NCBI GenBank assembly: GCA_044892525.1
Contig: CM097885.1
Span: forward strand, 26,476,001-26,540,000
Direction: 5' to 3'
DNA: 64,000 nucleotides
Source of the DNA: Schmidtea polychroa
Lineage: Eukaryota
Below, one piece after another: positions 42,965 through 56,942 of the stretch. The position numbers were made by a program, and so were the translations under genes. The notes under the pieces are model-generated. The model saw only the letters and a program-made list of their open reading frames with translations. It had not been told where the DNA came from and did no database searches. Numbering within the stretch: position 1 is the stretch's first letter; each line of letters opens with the position of its first letter.

Positions 42965-43204
42965 CCCTTTCCAGCCCAAATTTTTTCAAAACAAAAAAAA
43001 ATATATGCAGTAAGTAGGTACCAAAACTACTTATTTTATCATAAAAATATTTTACTTCATTTTTTTTGTTGCCCCCTGTGCCAACTGTTAAAAACATATC
43101 TTACTATAGTTCTCACTAGTTACTGCCAACCGTTTTGGTAGTAGAGAGAAAAAAACTGAGTTTTTAACTAATGATTCCATTTGGAATCACTGGGCTGGAA
43201 AGGG
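42965..43204. mobile_element. piggyBac-type MITE
   Basis: Perfect 14-bp TIRs CCCTTTCCAGCCCA, with TTAA on both sides. Confidence 0.92.
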
Positions 43205-43924
43205 TTAAATGAGTGTACCTTTTATAAAAGTAACTTTTATACCACTTTCGCGGTGACACGATTTTAGAGGATGATATGAGGTTTGTATTGCTTGTTACAA
43301 ATCTTCAAATCTTACTCATTTGAATTGAAATTATCATTTACGGGTAACTGATACGGCATATCGTTTTGATAGCAAATGTTTTAACAATGTAAATACCTAT
43401 ATTCATCTAATGATATTTTTTTTGTTAAAAACAATTAGTAAATGACATGGAAGATTTTGTTGTAAGTTTCAAGTTTATTAAAAAAAATGAGAATATTTTT
43501 ACTATGAAACAATCCTCTTCAAACTGATTCAGAAAATTACTTAATTGTAAATTTGAAGATTTGGATCTTTATAATTGAATTATTCTGCCTTTTGATTGGA
43601 TCTTGAATCAATTTTAAAATTATAGTTTTCATGTTTGATAAAAATGTTTTATTTGCTTGACCATTTTAATTTTATAAAATTTTAAAACTCAAAGCCACAA
43701 TCCAAAGTCAGTTGTTTCATTGAAATTTTCTAAGTTTTCAAAACTCAATGAATAATCTCTAGACTATAGCTCTACGATCTAAATTTCTATAACTTGTTAG
43801 TTCTATACCTTTTTGTTCTGATTTATTAGAGTTATTATACAGAAACTATTTCATTTCACCAATGTCAATTGAAGATCAAGTTTCCTCATTGGAATCAACT
43901 GCCGGGTATTTTCTGTTGGTTGGG

Positions 43925-44131
<207 letters not shown>

Positions 44132-45600
44132 GAGTTTTAAGGTATGAATAATAAAGACATGTGCAGTATAAATGCATGATTAACAAAGACATAACTAATA
44201 AAGTTATTAAAAAGTATAAATGTTTTTATTAAATAATTTTAGAGATGAAGCTTTTAATGAAAAATATTCAACAATCGAAATTCCCGTTTTCATGATGCCT
44301 TTAAAGAAATTGAATATAAATATTGGGAAAGCTGGTTTGTATATATTTCAATACAGGGATATAAAATGGATGATAAAGATGTGATATCACCAATTTGGAG
44401 AGTAGATAGCGCTCGAATTTTTCTGGGATTTTAATAAATGTTTAGTTTTTAATGTGTCTTTTAATATTATTTCATAATGAATAATTTGTATTTTTAAAAA
44501 GTTGGAAATGTGTGCGCATGTAATGTTGGCTGAAAAAGACGGTATAAGTGTGAATTTGTTAATAAATAATGATGTCATTTTGTAGAGATTTAAATTCTAT
44601 CTATATATTGTTTGAGTGAAAATATCTGTAATTGTTTAAAATAATGTGTAAATTCAAAAATGGTGTACTAAAAATGAAATTTCAAAATTATGAATACGGC
44701 ATAATCTCATTAAATAGGAAATTTAATTTCAAGCAACTGAGTCTTTGAGGTTCTTATAAAAGATTAAAATTGATAACGTTATCGACGATTTCAACAAAAA
44801 TTTAATTTTACATAATTGACAATTAAAACAAAATTAAAAAAAAATTTATGAAGGGGTTGTTAAAAAAAGGTACCGCCCCCCTATTTGCCCAAAATTATAT
44901 GAGAGTCGAGGATTCCTATAGGATCTAGAGTGCACATATCTATCTACTTATTATAGTGCTCCTAATGTATGTTTTCTCATATACATCACATTCAATTCAG
45001 TAGACTGCTGATTTCCAAACTTTATGTTATAATTATTATGTCCACCCGTCTTTAAATAACTTAAATTTTTATTGTATTTTTTGGATATTTGACAATTCTT
45101 CATTGTACTATTAGTCAGAGTTTGCCTCAAAGTCCCAGATTTTTATTTAAGATTTTATTGAAACTCGTTTGATGCCTTTAGTTTTCTTCTGCTTTAGTGT
45201 ATCCTCTGTCTTTTATATTTTAATACATTTTTTATTAAATTTGAAATTAAATCAAGATCCAATTATACGGCAAAATATTCTTTAGAAAGCTCACATTCAA
45301 GCTATTTTATTAAGCAGATTGAAGTGAATAATTTCATATTCGAAAGTTCTCATATTTTTTTTACTAAACTTTAAACATGCAGAAAAGTTAAATATTTATT
45401 GTTACATATTTTTATTTTATATTAAAGGAGGGCCAACATTTTTTATAGTCTCCCAGCAAATGATTAATTGTTTGGATTTTTCAAACATGAATTTTATGGT
45501 GAATTTTTTCAGAATTTTTTAAGAGTTTTAGGCAAATTAAGCAAACAATAAGCAAAAATAAAAATATTATTAAATAATTATTTATAAACTAAGTATCAAA

Positions 45601-45740
45601 ATCACTGGGAAAAGGCTGTTTCGAAAATTCGTGAATATGAACAAACATTAATATCTTTACTGATTCATAGTCAATTATTTTATAAATGCTATGCAAATGG
45701 AAAAGATATCAGAGGTGAAAATCGAAAGAAGTTCTTATAA
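45601..45740 (+). repeat. Family A repeat copy (diverged)
   Basis: ATCACTGGGAAAAGGCTGTTTCGAAAATTCGTGAATAT..GGTGAAAATCGAAAGAAGTTCTTATAA. Confidence 0.75.
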
Positions 45741-46960
45741 TAAGTATATTAACTCGGTTGTGTTTCCCATGATTATTATTGTAAAGTTTTAAATGAAAAT
45801 TTTATTTTATTAACATCGAGCCGTTTCTCATTTTTATTTAACATTTAAAAATTATATTTAAAAAAATTTGAAAATTCCTTATAAAAAAATAATAAATTAA
45901 AATATTTAGTGTTATTAAAAATATTTAAATTTATTAATTTTCATGAAAATGTATTTTAAACTTACTTTTTCAGTTGTTTTAATTGGTTTTTCTCTAAGAA
46001 ATCTTTGCGAATTGTTCGCCACGCAGATTAATAGCGAAAGAAAATGGAGAGATTTAACATTTTTATTATTTTTAATTGCCTATTGAAAAAGGATCATTTT
46101 TATAAATTGGTTTTCAGGAAGTGTTTTTGTCTGTCAGTTTAATCTGGATTTAATTCCTGACTACAACTCGCATTATAATTAGTATTTAATATCGAGATTA
46201 GTCCTCAATTTGAGGCTTTACGTTAATAAAGGGTTTTTATTACCAAGCATGAAATATCTGGTTAGTTCTATCATTTAAAATTTTATCAGTGAATTTCAAG
46301 GGGAAATTTCAAAAATATAATTTCCTATCTATTCGTTATTATATATATTTTTCATATTCAAGGTAAGAAAATACGGGGAAAATATTCGTTTTGATAGGTT
46401 GTACGAAATATGGATATGATTTACATATTAATATGATACATACTTTTTTTTGAGTAAATTATGACAAATTTTGATCTTTATATATATTATTATTATAAGA
46501 ACTTTGTATTTACATAGTATTATATGACATTGTACTTATTAAAAAGCTTGACTATGAATCAGTAAATATATCGATGTTTTTGATATTCACAAAAGTATAT
46601 TTACAAAATATATTTACTGATTAATAGTCAAGCTTTTTAATAAATTATATATATCTTTATCATTATTTTCTTTACAAAATTGGAATTTAGATATTATAAC
46701 AATTTTATGAATTTTGAAAAAAAATTGTTTTGGTTTTCTGATTTCATTTTCATCACTGTGTCACTAAATAGATGCAGACAATCTCGAAACTAGTTTGTCA
46801 TTAGAAACTGCATTGAATATCAGATTAGATTATATTGTAATGAAATAATCTCAAATTTTGACATATTTTATGGAAAATATTTATTTTAAGTGTCTTCTTT
46901 TAACTTTATTTAAATACATACACTTTTTAATTGGGCGATTTATAAAATAATAATTATAAC

Positions 46961-46963
<3 letters not shown>

Positions 46964-47033
<70 letters not shown>
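46964..47033. repeat. (TA)n microsatellite
   Basis: Direct observation. Confidence 0.98.
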
Positions 47034-47037
<4 letters not shown>

Positions 47038-48128
47038 TTTAATATATTAATTAAATAATTACATATAATTACATGTAATTATTTTAAATATTTTCCATAC
47101 ACGACATATTATAAATGAAAAGTTAAAATACTATATTTTTAAAATAATAAAAGACTATACTGTAAAATTCGCTATTTTTAAACGTTTAATTATAAGTTCC
47201 GTGACAAAATGGATATAAAAACAATAATTAATTATTAATAAAATATTACAAAACAACTTTTTTTAAATTTAAATTTAATTTGACAATAAATAAATTTGAA
47301 ATTGATTAATGTATACACTGTACCTGACAATAAATTTAACAATTTTTAATAAATAATCAATTATTCAACTGAAAATAATATGGATAACAAATTATTATAA
47401 TAAAGCATCATTTTACCATAATGTCATTGAAATAATTATAAAATCATAGATATTTTCTTTATTTTCATTTTGAAAAACACCAAATATTTTTTATTATACT
47501 CAACACAAAAGTATATCTGACTTTAGAATTTTATTTAAATTATTTCAATTTTTACTGGGAACGTGTAATTTGTAAAGTTAATTATTGGTTAAGTCATTAG
47601 ATTCGAAAATGAATGTGCAAAATGCAGTGAATACTTGTGATTTAAATGTTTTTAAATACTTTTTTATAAATTATATTTTCATTTTTCACCTCTGATTTCT
47701 TTTCAATTGACATTGTATTTATTAGAAATTTTTTGACTATGAATATTTTGATCAAAATCGCTTTTGTTAACCATTTATTCAAATTATTTACCACACGAAA
47801 AGGGTAAACCAGATTTTCCAAAGTTTTTCTTCAATTTTTATGTTGAAATAAATTAAATTAACTTCATTTTGAAGGATTTATTTATAATTAATTTATAATT
47901 TATTATCAATTTATAAATTAGAATTTGCGTCATATTGGGTTAATAATGATGATGCTCATTGTCAGTTGACTTTTGTCATTTGAATGGCCGTTTAGTCGTT
48001 AATTTTAGGATCTGATTGAGCCCCATTGTCATTGATTTCACGCTGTTATTTCACTGACTTATTATTTTGATTTTCACTTTTTTTTGATTATATATTAAAA
48101 TTTAATTGAAAAAATATTTTCATTTTAG

Positions 48129-48212
48129 ATAGACGCACAGAATAAAACTCATCTTTGGGTTGAGACGAATTCTTCCGGAGATTTTTGTTATTTAAATGAA
48201 AATGTGTGCGAG
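48129..48212 (+). CDS. DGK zeta/iota-like exon IDAQNKTHLWVETNSSGDFCYLNENVCE (start of C1A)
   Basis: AG/GTAAG boundaries, 84 nt. Matches DGKZ EHIWFETNVSGDFCYVGE. Confidence 0.93.
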
Positions 48213-48693
48213 GTAAGAAAATAGTGGCTTAGATGTAATAATTTTTTATTAATTAATATTATTTGTAATTAAATTTTTATTAAATATTTATTTGATTTCA
48301 TTTAATTTTTCATTATTTTTGTTCAATAAACTAAATAATTGTTAATTTAAATATTTTTTTAATCAACATTTTGTCAATGTTTACCAATTTATCCATGCTC
48401 CGTATCACAGTGCCAGAGCCTGATATAAAATTTATTGAAGGAAAGCAAACCTGCAAACCTCACAAAAATTTACTTGGCTACAATAAAGTTTTATTGGTTT
48501 TAAGATTCAAATTTACATATTTCTGATGTACATTTGATAAGACTTTTGAAATTGAGGTTTTGTTACTTGAAGGCAAGTTTCTTTTACATGTGTTTTGGTC
48601 CTTAAATTCAAGGTAGCAACATTTGTTTAGCGGGTTGTAGGTTAGACACGCCTGGTATATACAGGAGTATGATTTCGAGTTAATTATTATATA

Positions 48694-48830
48694 TTATAAG
48701 AACTTTTTTTCAAATTTCACCACTGATTTCTTTTCCATTGACATTGTATTTACTAAAAAGCTTGACTATGAATCAATAAATATATCAATGTTTTTTATCT
48801 TCACAAAAATTCGGCACTGCCATTTTCAAA
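48694..48830 (-). repeat. Family A repeat copy
   Basis: Reverse complement of the 60777-60916 copy. Confidence 0.8.
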
Positions 48831-49653
48831 AAAATATATATATAAAAAATTGGAATCTGAAACATCATACATGGAAATTTTTTGAACCATTCTGACTCTT
48901 GAATTTTCAATTACCCTAAAATCGCGCAGATAATCTGCAGCTTATCTGAAAATAAAAGTCATTTTTTTAGAAAAAATATCAAGTGATTTTTAAAAAATAT
49001 ATAAATGCGCCTTTTCATTCCAAAATGGCGCCGGTTGTTAGGTTTTGCGTTAAAATAGTTAATATGCGTTGCGTTTCGTATTTTATTTACATGCAAAGGT
49101 CATTGTCAAAATTCCTAACCTCTGAACTCAAGGTAGTTTAGTTGTTATGTTAGTATTAATTTGATAATAAAATTACTCAGTTTGTTTTAAAGAAAATAAC
49201 AAATAAAAAAATTAACAATGTTAGTAGATTGATGTAACACATTAGCCTCAAATGAAATAGATTGGAAAACCATTTTTTATATGATCCAAAAATCATATGA
49301 GGACTCTAAGACATCCTTCTTTCCAAAGCTGATAAAGAGATGGAAAACCTTTACATTAGTATATGAGTCCTCAAAATTTGAAAAGTCATCCATTTATCTG
49401 GAAATGATTTCATAACTTGAAGAACAATTCTTTACCCTTAAATATCATTATTAATGCAACACTGTTGCCAAAACCCTTTGCAAAATATTTCCATTGGCAC
49501 AGAAATGCCACATACTTGGTAATTCTTCATTATAAGTCATGGGTCAGGAATGGTCATGAATTTCAATAATCTTTATGAAAAATATTTACTATCAATTCGA
49601 AAATGTTTTATTTTATTTTTAAAAATACTTTAGATGAAAATATATATTTTTAG

Positions 49654-49719
49654 AAAGGTGGTGCTAAAAGAAAATGTTCTTCTTGTAAATTAATAATCCA
49701 TCAGCTATGCATTCCACAT
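49654..49719 (+). CDS. DGK zeta/iota-like exon KGGAKRKCSSCKLIIHQLCIPH (C1A)
   Basis: TTTTAG/GTAAG boundaries, 66 nt in frame. Matches RRKCAACKIVVHTPCI. Confidence 0.92.
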
Positions 49720-49851
49720 GTAAGAGCTTTATTTTTATTTTTCTTAGTATTATATTAATTTGTTTAATAACATTTATACATTGAAAATATTGTCATTAAT
49801 TATTAATTATTAATATTTAATTGTGTTTATGATTATGTTAATTAGAGAAAA

Positions 49852-49853
<2 letters not shown>

Positions 49854-49932
<79 letters not shown>
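49854..49932. repeat. (AAT)n microsatellite
   Basis: Direct observation. Confidence 0.97.
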
Positions 49933-49934
<2 letters not shown>

Positions 49935-50323
49935 TAGTTTTCTATGCAATACAAATTAATTTCTGTTTTTTTGTCATAATGAAAATAAATGAAATAGCAA
50001 AAATAAAAAACAGACCAAATCTGATCAAAAAAGTAAAATATATTACTGAAAAGAATAATAGCATTACAAAAGTATATAATAATACTTTTAAATAAATTAC
50101 AATTAGGGATGCCAGATGACCGTTTAAAAAATACAGGACATTTTTCTGTCGTGCTATTTTAACATTAAATGTCAGTGTCGGACCGTCGGTGACACAACAT
50201 TTTTATGCCACCGACACTGATATTCACAAATTTCACATCTAGAGAAAATGGGACATAATATTGTTATATAATTATATTATAAATTAAAAATTCAGAATCA
50301 CAATATTAAACATCTTTACTTAA

Positions 50324-50555
50324 CCCTTTCGCGGACGCACTTTTTTAGTTTTTTTAGCAACAGACGTCATGCACAATTCGGGGACACTAAAGTTCTCGTG
50401 GGACACTAAATGCACACAATTCATATAAACTCATATATTTCGTGGCGTGTATAGCCGTCATGATTTTATCAAAATAATTTTTGACGTGTATACATGGAAT
50501 GTCCCAACAGAACGCAGTAGTATGACGTGTATATACGTCATTGTCCATTAAAGGG
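50324..50555. mobile_element. piggyBac-type MITE (second family)
   Basis: TTAA-CCCTTTCGCGGAC ... GTCCATTAAAGGG-TTAA, imperfect TIRs. Confidence 0.7.
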
Positions 50556-50780
50556 TTAAAGTTAATCATTTGCACTATATATCATGATTATGATATATTA
50601 ATTTTTTATATACTAATTTTTTATTCTAATTACTCTAGACAATAATGGCACAAATAATGTGTTATGATTCCGAATCGTTTTTCATCGTTTAAAGAGAATG
50701 GACTTCAATTTTATTCTGAACAATATCTAAAATTATCCTGGGTAAAAATAAAAAAAATTAATGATGGTTTTAAGGCAATT

Positions 50781-50990
50781 CATGGCGATACATGGCAATA
50801 AATGTCAATAAATGTCAATATATGGCAATATATGGCAATACTTGGAAATATATGGCGATACATGGCAATATATAGCAATACCTGGAAATAAATGACAATA
50901 TATGGCAATACATGACAGTACAAGGCAGTACATGGCAGTACATGGCAATACATGGAAATACATGGCAATACATGACAATACATGGCAATA
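50781..50990. repeat. 10-bp minisatellite (CATGGCAATA), about 21 copies
   Basis: Direct observation. Confidence 0.93.
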
Positions 50991-51939
50991 TTCAATCTCA
51001 CAAATCTAAGATAGTCTCTTGCTTTATTAAACACATTGAAGAATATATTTATAATATATTTATAATATTGCTTCAACAAAAATACATATTTACTTTCTTT
51101 GGGAATTTTTTAGTATATAAATGATTAAGTAAAATGTCCACTTCATTTAAACAAAAGTGTTAAAATATTTCACAATTTCATACATTTATTGTTAATTTTT
51201 TAAAATTTACGTAACAATGAAAGAATTTAATTCAAAGCTGTTAATCATTACTTAATTGATCAACAGATTTTTGGACAAAAACGACAAGACGGGATTTATA
51301 TAAATGAGATCGACTTCATTTGCAAGCAGGAGTTATATTCTGCGCGAAATGTAAGTATTTTAGAATAAAAGACTTAAAAAAAGAATTTATTAATTGATTG
51401 TTTTTAGTTGAATAAAACATGTTACCCACTCTAATTTTGTCTTTTTAATAATTGTATTATGTAAACCAAGACATATAATTTGTGTTTTTATTTAAGTCGT
51501 TACAAACATTAACTTACAAACATTAAATAAATTATAAATAAATAAATTTAAATAAATTTAATAATTTATGTTTGTCCACTTTATCATTGTCATTTTACAG
51601 CAAGAGATTTTATTTTTAATCAATGGTGACAATGAATAATAAAATATGTTTACTGAAATTAAATATATAAATATAATTAATTTTCTGATGATTTTATTAT
51701 TATTTAATTTTAGATAGGAATTGTTAATTTCTCTCCTTCAAAAATTTATTTCTAAAATTATTCACTTTATATTGTCTTTGAAAAATTGTAAATTGCGTGC
51801 GTATAAAAAATAATCCAATTTAACAAGGATTTGTTAGTAATTAGAGTCATTAATAGATCATTATTAATTACAGTGCAGCCGAAATTAATATTCAATTATT
51901 AATGAATGGATTAACTAATTAATTAATTTTGTTTTACAG

Positions 51940-52011
51940 TTGCAACTTCCATGTCGCCCAACTTTCAGGGAAGCCGGTGTTAGAGATTACAGAGACGAAA
52001 AGAAAAAAGAA
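51940..52011 (+). CDS. DGK zeta/iota-like exon LQLPCRPTFREAGVRDYRDEKKKE
   Basis: TTACAG/GTAAAT boundaries, 72 nt. Matches INFRCKPSFRESGSRNVRE. Confidence 0.9.
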
Positions 52012-52348
52012 GTAAATTTTTATTTTATGTCAGTTAATTCTCTTTAAATAGAACAATGAGAAACTATTTATAAATTTTTTTTGACAAATTTGTCAACAAA
52101 TATTTGTAAATATAACAAATCTAAATTTTATTTGTACCAGGTTATCTCTCACGCTTTTTACACTGGTTACCATTATTTTATTATATTTAATTATTATTTA
52201 TTATTATTTATTTTAATTTATTATATTTTATTATATTTATATAATTCATTATTTTTTATAATTAAATATATTTTATTATTATTTATTATAATTTATTATT
52301 TTTTATTTTATCTATATAATTCATTATATATTTTATTATAATTTAATA

Positions 52349-53228
52349 CTCCCTCCGTCCGGTAATATGGTATACATTTCAACAAAAATCGTAGATTATC
52401 GTGAATATAAAAATAAATAGGCAACTGTCATGACATTGTCATAGTAAATATTCATGACAATATAACCTAAAATATTTGACTTAAGTAATATCATTCTTAG
52501 TTAAAAACTTACCGCTCAAACATCAGTGTTTCTTGAGGTAGATAAAATTAGTACCGCTGCAAGACGAATATGGAAAATGTGGAAGGAAATTTGTTAAATT
52601 TAGAAAGAAGAGATTCAAAATATAAACAGTTAACTAAAGAACAACGTCAAGGTATTTTTGAAAAATTATTACAGCAGATGAAGGAGAATAAGTTAAAACA
52701 CGGTGCAATCAACGAAGTTGCTGCTGCGTTTCAAGTTTCCCGGCTAACCGTTAGCAGAATTTGGCATGCAGCACAAACTCAATACAGAAAAGGTAAGATA
52801 TGTGCCGATGTTTCTTCAAAAAAGAAAAAAAGATACGGAAGAAAACCTAGAATTAATTAATCAATTAATCAATTAGAAGCGAATACTCTCGATAACGTTT
52901 TTACAACATTGCAAGCATGTATGGAGTCAATTATGTTAGCAGATGGAGGAAATGGCTATAAAATACCTCATTTAAGTAAAGGAAAACTTCGTCGGAAGGT
53001 CGACTGCTAAAAAAATATGTATGTTCTAAAGAAGCATACAATAAAGCCAAATCAAATTTCGAGTGAACTTATTAATATTAATATTTATTTTTTTAAATTT
53101 TATTTAATATTTACATTAATATTTATTAAAATGTTTCAAATAAAGGTAATATAATAAACTTGTCATGTACATTTTTTGATTTATTTTATTTTTTCGCAAA
53201 TGTATACCATATTTCCGGACGGAGGGAG
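52349..53228 (+). mobile_element. Internally deleted Tc1/mariner element of the Stowaway/DD39D type
   Basis: 31-bp TIRs CTCCCTCCGTCCGG(T/A)AATATGGTATACATTT and TA TSD. The N-terminal HTH ORF 52570-52860 (LKHGAINEVAAAFQVSRLTVSRIW) is joined to a C-terminus TLDNVFTTLQACMESIMLADGGNGYKIPHL; the catalytic core is deleted. Confidence 0.92.
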
Positions 53229-53389
53229 TATATTTTATTATTATTTATTATGCTTTATTATAATTTATTATATTTTATTATATTTGATTATAATTTATTA
53301 TACTTTATTATATTTTATTATATTTAAATATAATTTATTATAATTTATTTTAATTTAATATATTTTATTATATTTATATTTTGTCTAAT

Positions 53390-54170
53390 GTTTTGTCCAA
53401 TGAAGTCACGTATTTTAAAATATGGTTCTAACCATTGCATAAAAAATAGGATTGATGAAAATAAATTGTGTACAAAAATTGAATGTGTTTATTATAATAT
53501 ATGTAAGTCAAATAAGGATATTGATCTACTTCCGGTAAAAAGTATGTTGAGTGCAAGTACGATTGAGTATGTTGATATAAATAAAAAACAGAATATTAAG
53601 GCTTTTTGGAATAGTTTCGAAATCGTGCAAAGTACGTAGTATGTTTGTTAGTAAATCTCAAACGATTGTGTTCGGATCTCGTTTATCAATTCACATGTAA
53701 TGGGTGTAATGCCACGTACATTGGAGAGATTTCCCGTCATCTCTGTACTCGAGTTCAAGAACACTGTCGACCGAAGAGAGTGTCCAATATTAAGGATCTT
53801 AATAAAGTCTGCATGAGAGAATTAAGAATGTCGGATTTTAAAATATTATCAAAATTTTGATAATTGTTTTGAGCGTGTGATATGTGAAGCATTATTGATA
53901 AGAACTTTTAATCCTAAAATCAATGTGCAGAATGCAGTGAATACTTGTGTGTTGAATGTTTTTAATTAAGTTTTTAATTATTTAAAATTGTTATTTATAA
54001 TTTAAATATTTATAAATTTAATAATTTGTTTAAAAATTATCAATATTGTAGTTATTCATCCTTAGTGAAATTAAGTAACCTGATGATGATAGTGATGCTA
54101 TCGAAATATATAGTGAAAAAGATGTACGAATGGCGATTTTTATTAATAAAGTCTTTGCCGTGTTTATTTA
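53390..54170 (+). mobile_element. 3' fragment of a Penelope-like element (GIY-YIG endonuclease plus terminal repeat with hammerhead)
   Basis: LVYQFTCNGCNATYIGEISRHLCTRVQEH..ERVICEALLIRTFNPKINVQ, followed by a hammerhead motif at 54076-54116. Confidence 0.88.
54076..54116 (+). ncRNA. Minimal type I hammerhead ribozyme (family D, PLE-linked)
   Basis: TAAC-CTGATGA-T-GATAG-TGATG-CTATC-GAAA-TATAT-A-GTGA: canonical core, 5-bp stem II, palindromic stem III, weak stem I. Confidence 0.7.
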
Positions 54171-54440
54171 AGTATTTATTATAATTTATTATATTTTATT
54201 ATATTTGATTATAATCTATTATACTTTATTATAATTAATTATATATTATTATATTTTATTACATTTTATTATAATTTATTATCATTTATTATGTTTATTA
54301 TTATGTTTGATGATTTACCTGATAAATATTTAAAGGCATTAATAACTGTCATTATAACTCTCAATATATATTTTTATAAAATAATTATATGGCTATTTGG
54401 GGACCCTAATATTTTTGTAGGAACTAACCAATCTAATAAA

Positions 54441-54559
54441 GTGATGATTTCTTAGTAGCAGCATTTATTATTTAAAACAATAAAGTGATAATTTAAGCCT
54501 TTTGCTGCGAATAATGTATTTAATGAAAAAGTTTCGACTATAAGATAGTCCTTGTCAAT
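54441..54559 (-). repeat. Single family B repeat copy with hammerhead-like TTGACAAG-GACTAT-CTT-ATAGTC-GAAA
   Basis: Homologous to 11403-11508. Confidence 0.8.
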
Positions 54560-54712
54560 TGAAATATTTAGAAATATTTTTTGAGTTTATTAATTATATT
54601 ATATTGCAAAAAAATTTATATATATTAAAATTTAAAAATAATATTGTATTTATTGTATTTAATTCATTTTAATTAAAAAATAGAATTTGATTGATAATAT
54701 TTTTCTATTAAG

Positions 54713-54778
54713 GACACATTGAGACATCATTGGGTACATAGGAAACGACAAGATGGAAAATGCAAACAGTGTGGTAAA
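54713..54778 (+). CDS. DGK zeta/iota-like exon [22 protein letters not shown] (C1B)
   Basis: AAG/GTTAGT boundaries, 66 nt. Near-identical to DGKZ RHHWVHRRRQDGKCRHCGK. Confidence 0.95.
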
Positions 54779-55383
54779 GTTAGTAGTTTTTATTTATTAA
54801 ATATTTCATTAAAATATATTATTTTATTTTTTTCTTAATCATTTTGTTACTCGTGTGTTGCTTATAATTTGAATTATTGTATAAACAAATGAGGAAAGTT
54901 TTCATGGAAACATTTGTTTATATTTCGCCTTTATGCCCGCATTTTTTGTTCGTTTAATATACTTTGTTTCAATAAGACATTTCTTTCGATATTGTTGTTT
55001 CTGAAGTTTTTGAAATATTTATGCAAGTCTCTTCAAAGCAGTTTAGTTTGTATTGAGACACACAAAAAATAGTTTACCTTGTTATTTCAGCAATAATTTA
55101 AACAAATAAAATAAATAAATAAATTTAAAACAATATAATAAATTACATTATAAATTAATAAATAGTAATATAGTAAAAAATATTTATAACAATAAAATTA
55201 AAAATATTATTATAATAAAAGAAAATATAATCTTGGCTAGATAAAGATCATGTTGATCAAGGCTATTGAAAATCGGCTGCTATTTATTGGGTTAGTATTT
55301 ACAATTATTTGTAAATTAGTTACGTCGATTTAAATAAAAAAGTTCGTATTTTAATTAAAATTAAGAATGTAATTAATAATAAT

Positions 55384-55607
55384 TTATTAATAATTACTAA
55401 TAAAATAATCAATTTGAATGAAATAAAAATAAATGAAAATAAATTATATTCTGGTAAATAAGATGATTAATTTGTCTTTCCTTTAAATTTTTTAAATGAA
55501 CATATATTAAAACAAAGCAAAATTAATCTAATTATTTTCAGAATATAATTTATTTTCATTTATTTAATTTCATTCAAATTGATTATTTTATTAGTAATTA
55601 TTAATAA
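55384..55607. repeat. AT-rich foldback with ~70-bp inverted arms (possible MITE)
   Basis: 55384-55453 is the near-perfect reverse complement of 55539-55607. Confidence 0.8.
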
Positions 55608-56154
55608 TTTTCTTAATAAAGCTTTTTTAACACTCAGCACAAATTTAAATGAAAGTAGTCAAAATAATTCATCGATATTTTAAATAAATGGCCAGTAATG
55701 TCAAGCTCTCTTTTTAATAAATATATTGGTATTTTTATTTAGTAAACCAAAATATGAATATTCAAGAAACACAAGGGAATAATACGCTTACTTATATTTT
55801 TTATCTTTATCACGGGCTGGCTTTTCCATAGAGCTGAAACGTGCATTAGGAAACCAAATTAGCTACCTCTTCTCTGTTATAATTACTAGAATATTATATG
55901 ATAATAATTAATATATTCGACATCTATTTTTTTAATTTTGCAATAAAATATACAATTTAAAAATATTTCTAAATATTTCTAATTTATTTTTTAAAATACT
56001 GACCGTTTATTATAAAAAGTACTGATCAAATAAATAAAAGTATTGAAAATTTTGAGTCTGTATACTATTTTACTTTGTTTTATTATAAGCTTTATTTTAT
56101 ATGAGAAAGTTAAAAATACAAAAAAATACAACACAAAACAAACAATACATATTG

Positions 56155-56162
56155 AATAATAA

Positions 56163-56227
<65 letters not shown>
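56155..56227. repeat. (AAT)n microsatellite
   Basis: Direct observation. Confidence 0.96.
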
Positions 56228-56246
56228 TGTTTTCGTCTATGACAAA

Positions 56247-56795
56247 TCAGAAGAATTTCTTTGTAATTAATCGTATCACACGCTTTATTTGTACATAACC
56301 ATTGTTTGTTAAACCATTTAACGTGTCCAATAACTTGAGATTGAGCCATGATTGAATTGGAAACATTGGATAATTGTTCAACACTTTGGCTAATAAACAT
56401 TTGAGTTGTGTTGATTTTTTAAGAGCTCGATTAAATAGAATATCATATTCATAAGTTAGCAAGCTTATCTTTTTATCGCTAATGTCATAAATGGTTTCAG
56501 ATAATTTACGAATACTTTTAAATTTTTGGGGAAATTTCATAAAAATATCTTGGAGTTTCTCTTCTGTCATTTCATGATTTACAAAAATTAAATCCTTGAT
56601 TTCCAATCGTTTTGATAAACTTCCATTAATCATTTGCAACGATCTTGTTGAGCCACGATCACATGGACAATTTTCACTGCTGAAAAGACATCTCTTCGCG
56701 CAACAGATACAAAACGCATGTCTACAACTTTTAAATATTACCTTCGCTATATTGCTCATTGAAATACGACATATCAAACATTCATTATCTTCCAT
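56247..56795 (-). CDS. Intronless RING-finger protein (C3HC3D-like) nested antisense in a DGK intron; may be a pseudogene
   Basis: First in-frame ATG at 56795: MEDNECLICRIS..SCRHAFCICCAKRC..NCPCDR, open to 56247. The ORF-track start at 56828 is GTG. Confidence 0.7.
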   Translation of the reverse strand: MEDNECLICRISMSNIAKVIFKSCRHAFCICCAKRCLFSSENCPCDRGSTRSLQMINGSLSKRLEIKDLIFVNHEMTEEKLQDIFMKFPQKFKSIRKLSETIYDISDKKISLLTYEYDILFNRALKKSTQLKCLLAKVLNNYPMFPIQSWLNLKLLDTLNGLTNNGYVQIKRVIRLITKKFF

Positions 56796-56942
56796 ATTTA
56801 ACAACAGCCGAGAATTCAAATTTTCCACATAAAAAATCTCTTTTAAACAATTTCTCTTTCAGCAGAGAACAAATCAATTACATTTTTCTAGAATTCAAAA
56901 ATCAATTTCCAACTATAATTAAAAAAATAGAACAACCTACTT

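Noticed and set aside
46755..46820. GAAACTAGTTTGTCA hammerhead 3' half (also at 26549)
   Set aside because: The CUGANGA half is destroyed, so it is only a relic.
50780..51124. Cys/His-rich ORFs resembling a metal-binding protein
   Set aside because: Artefact of the 10-bp minisatellite.
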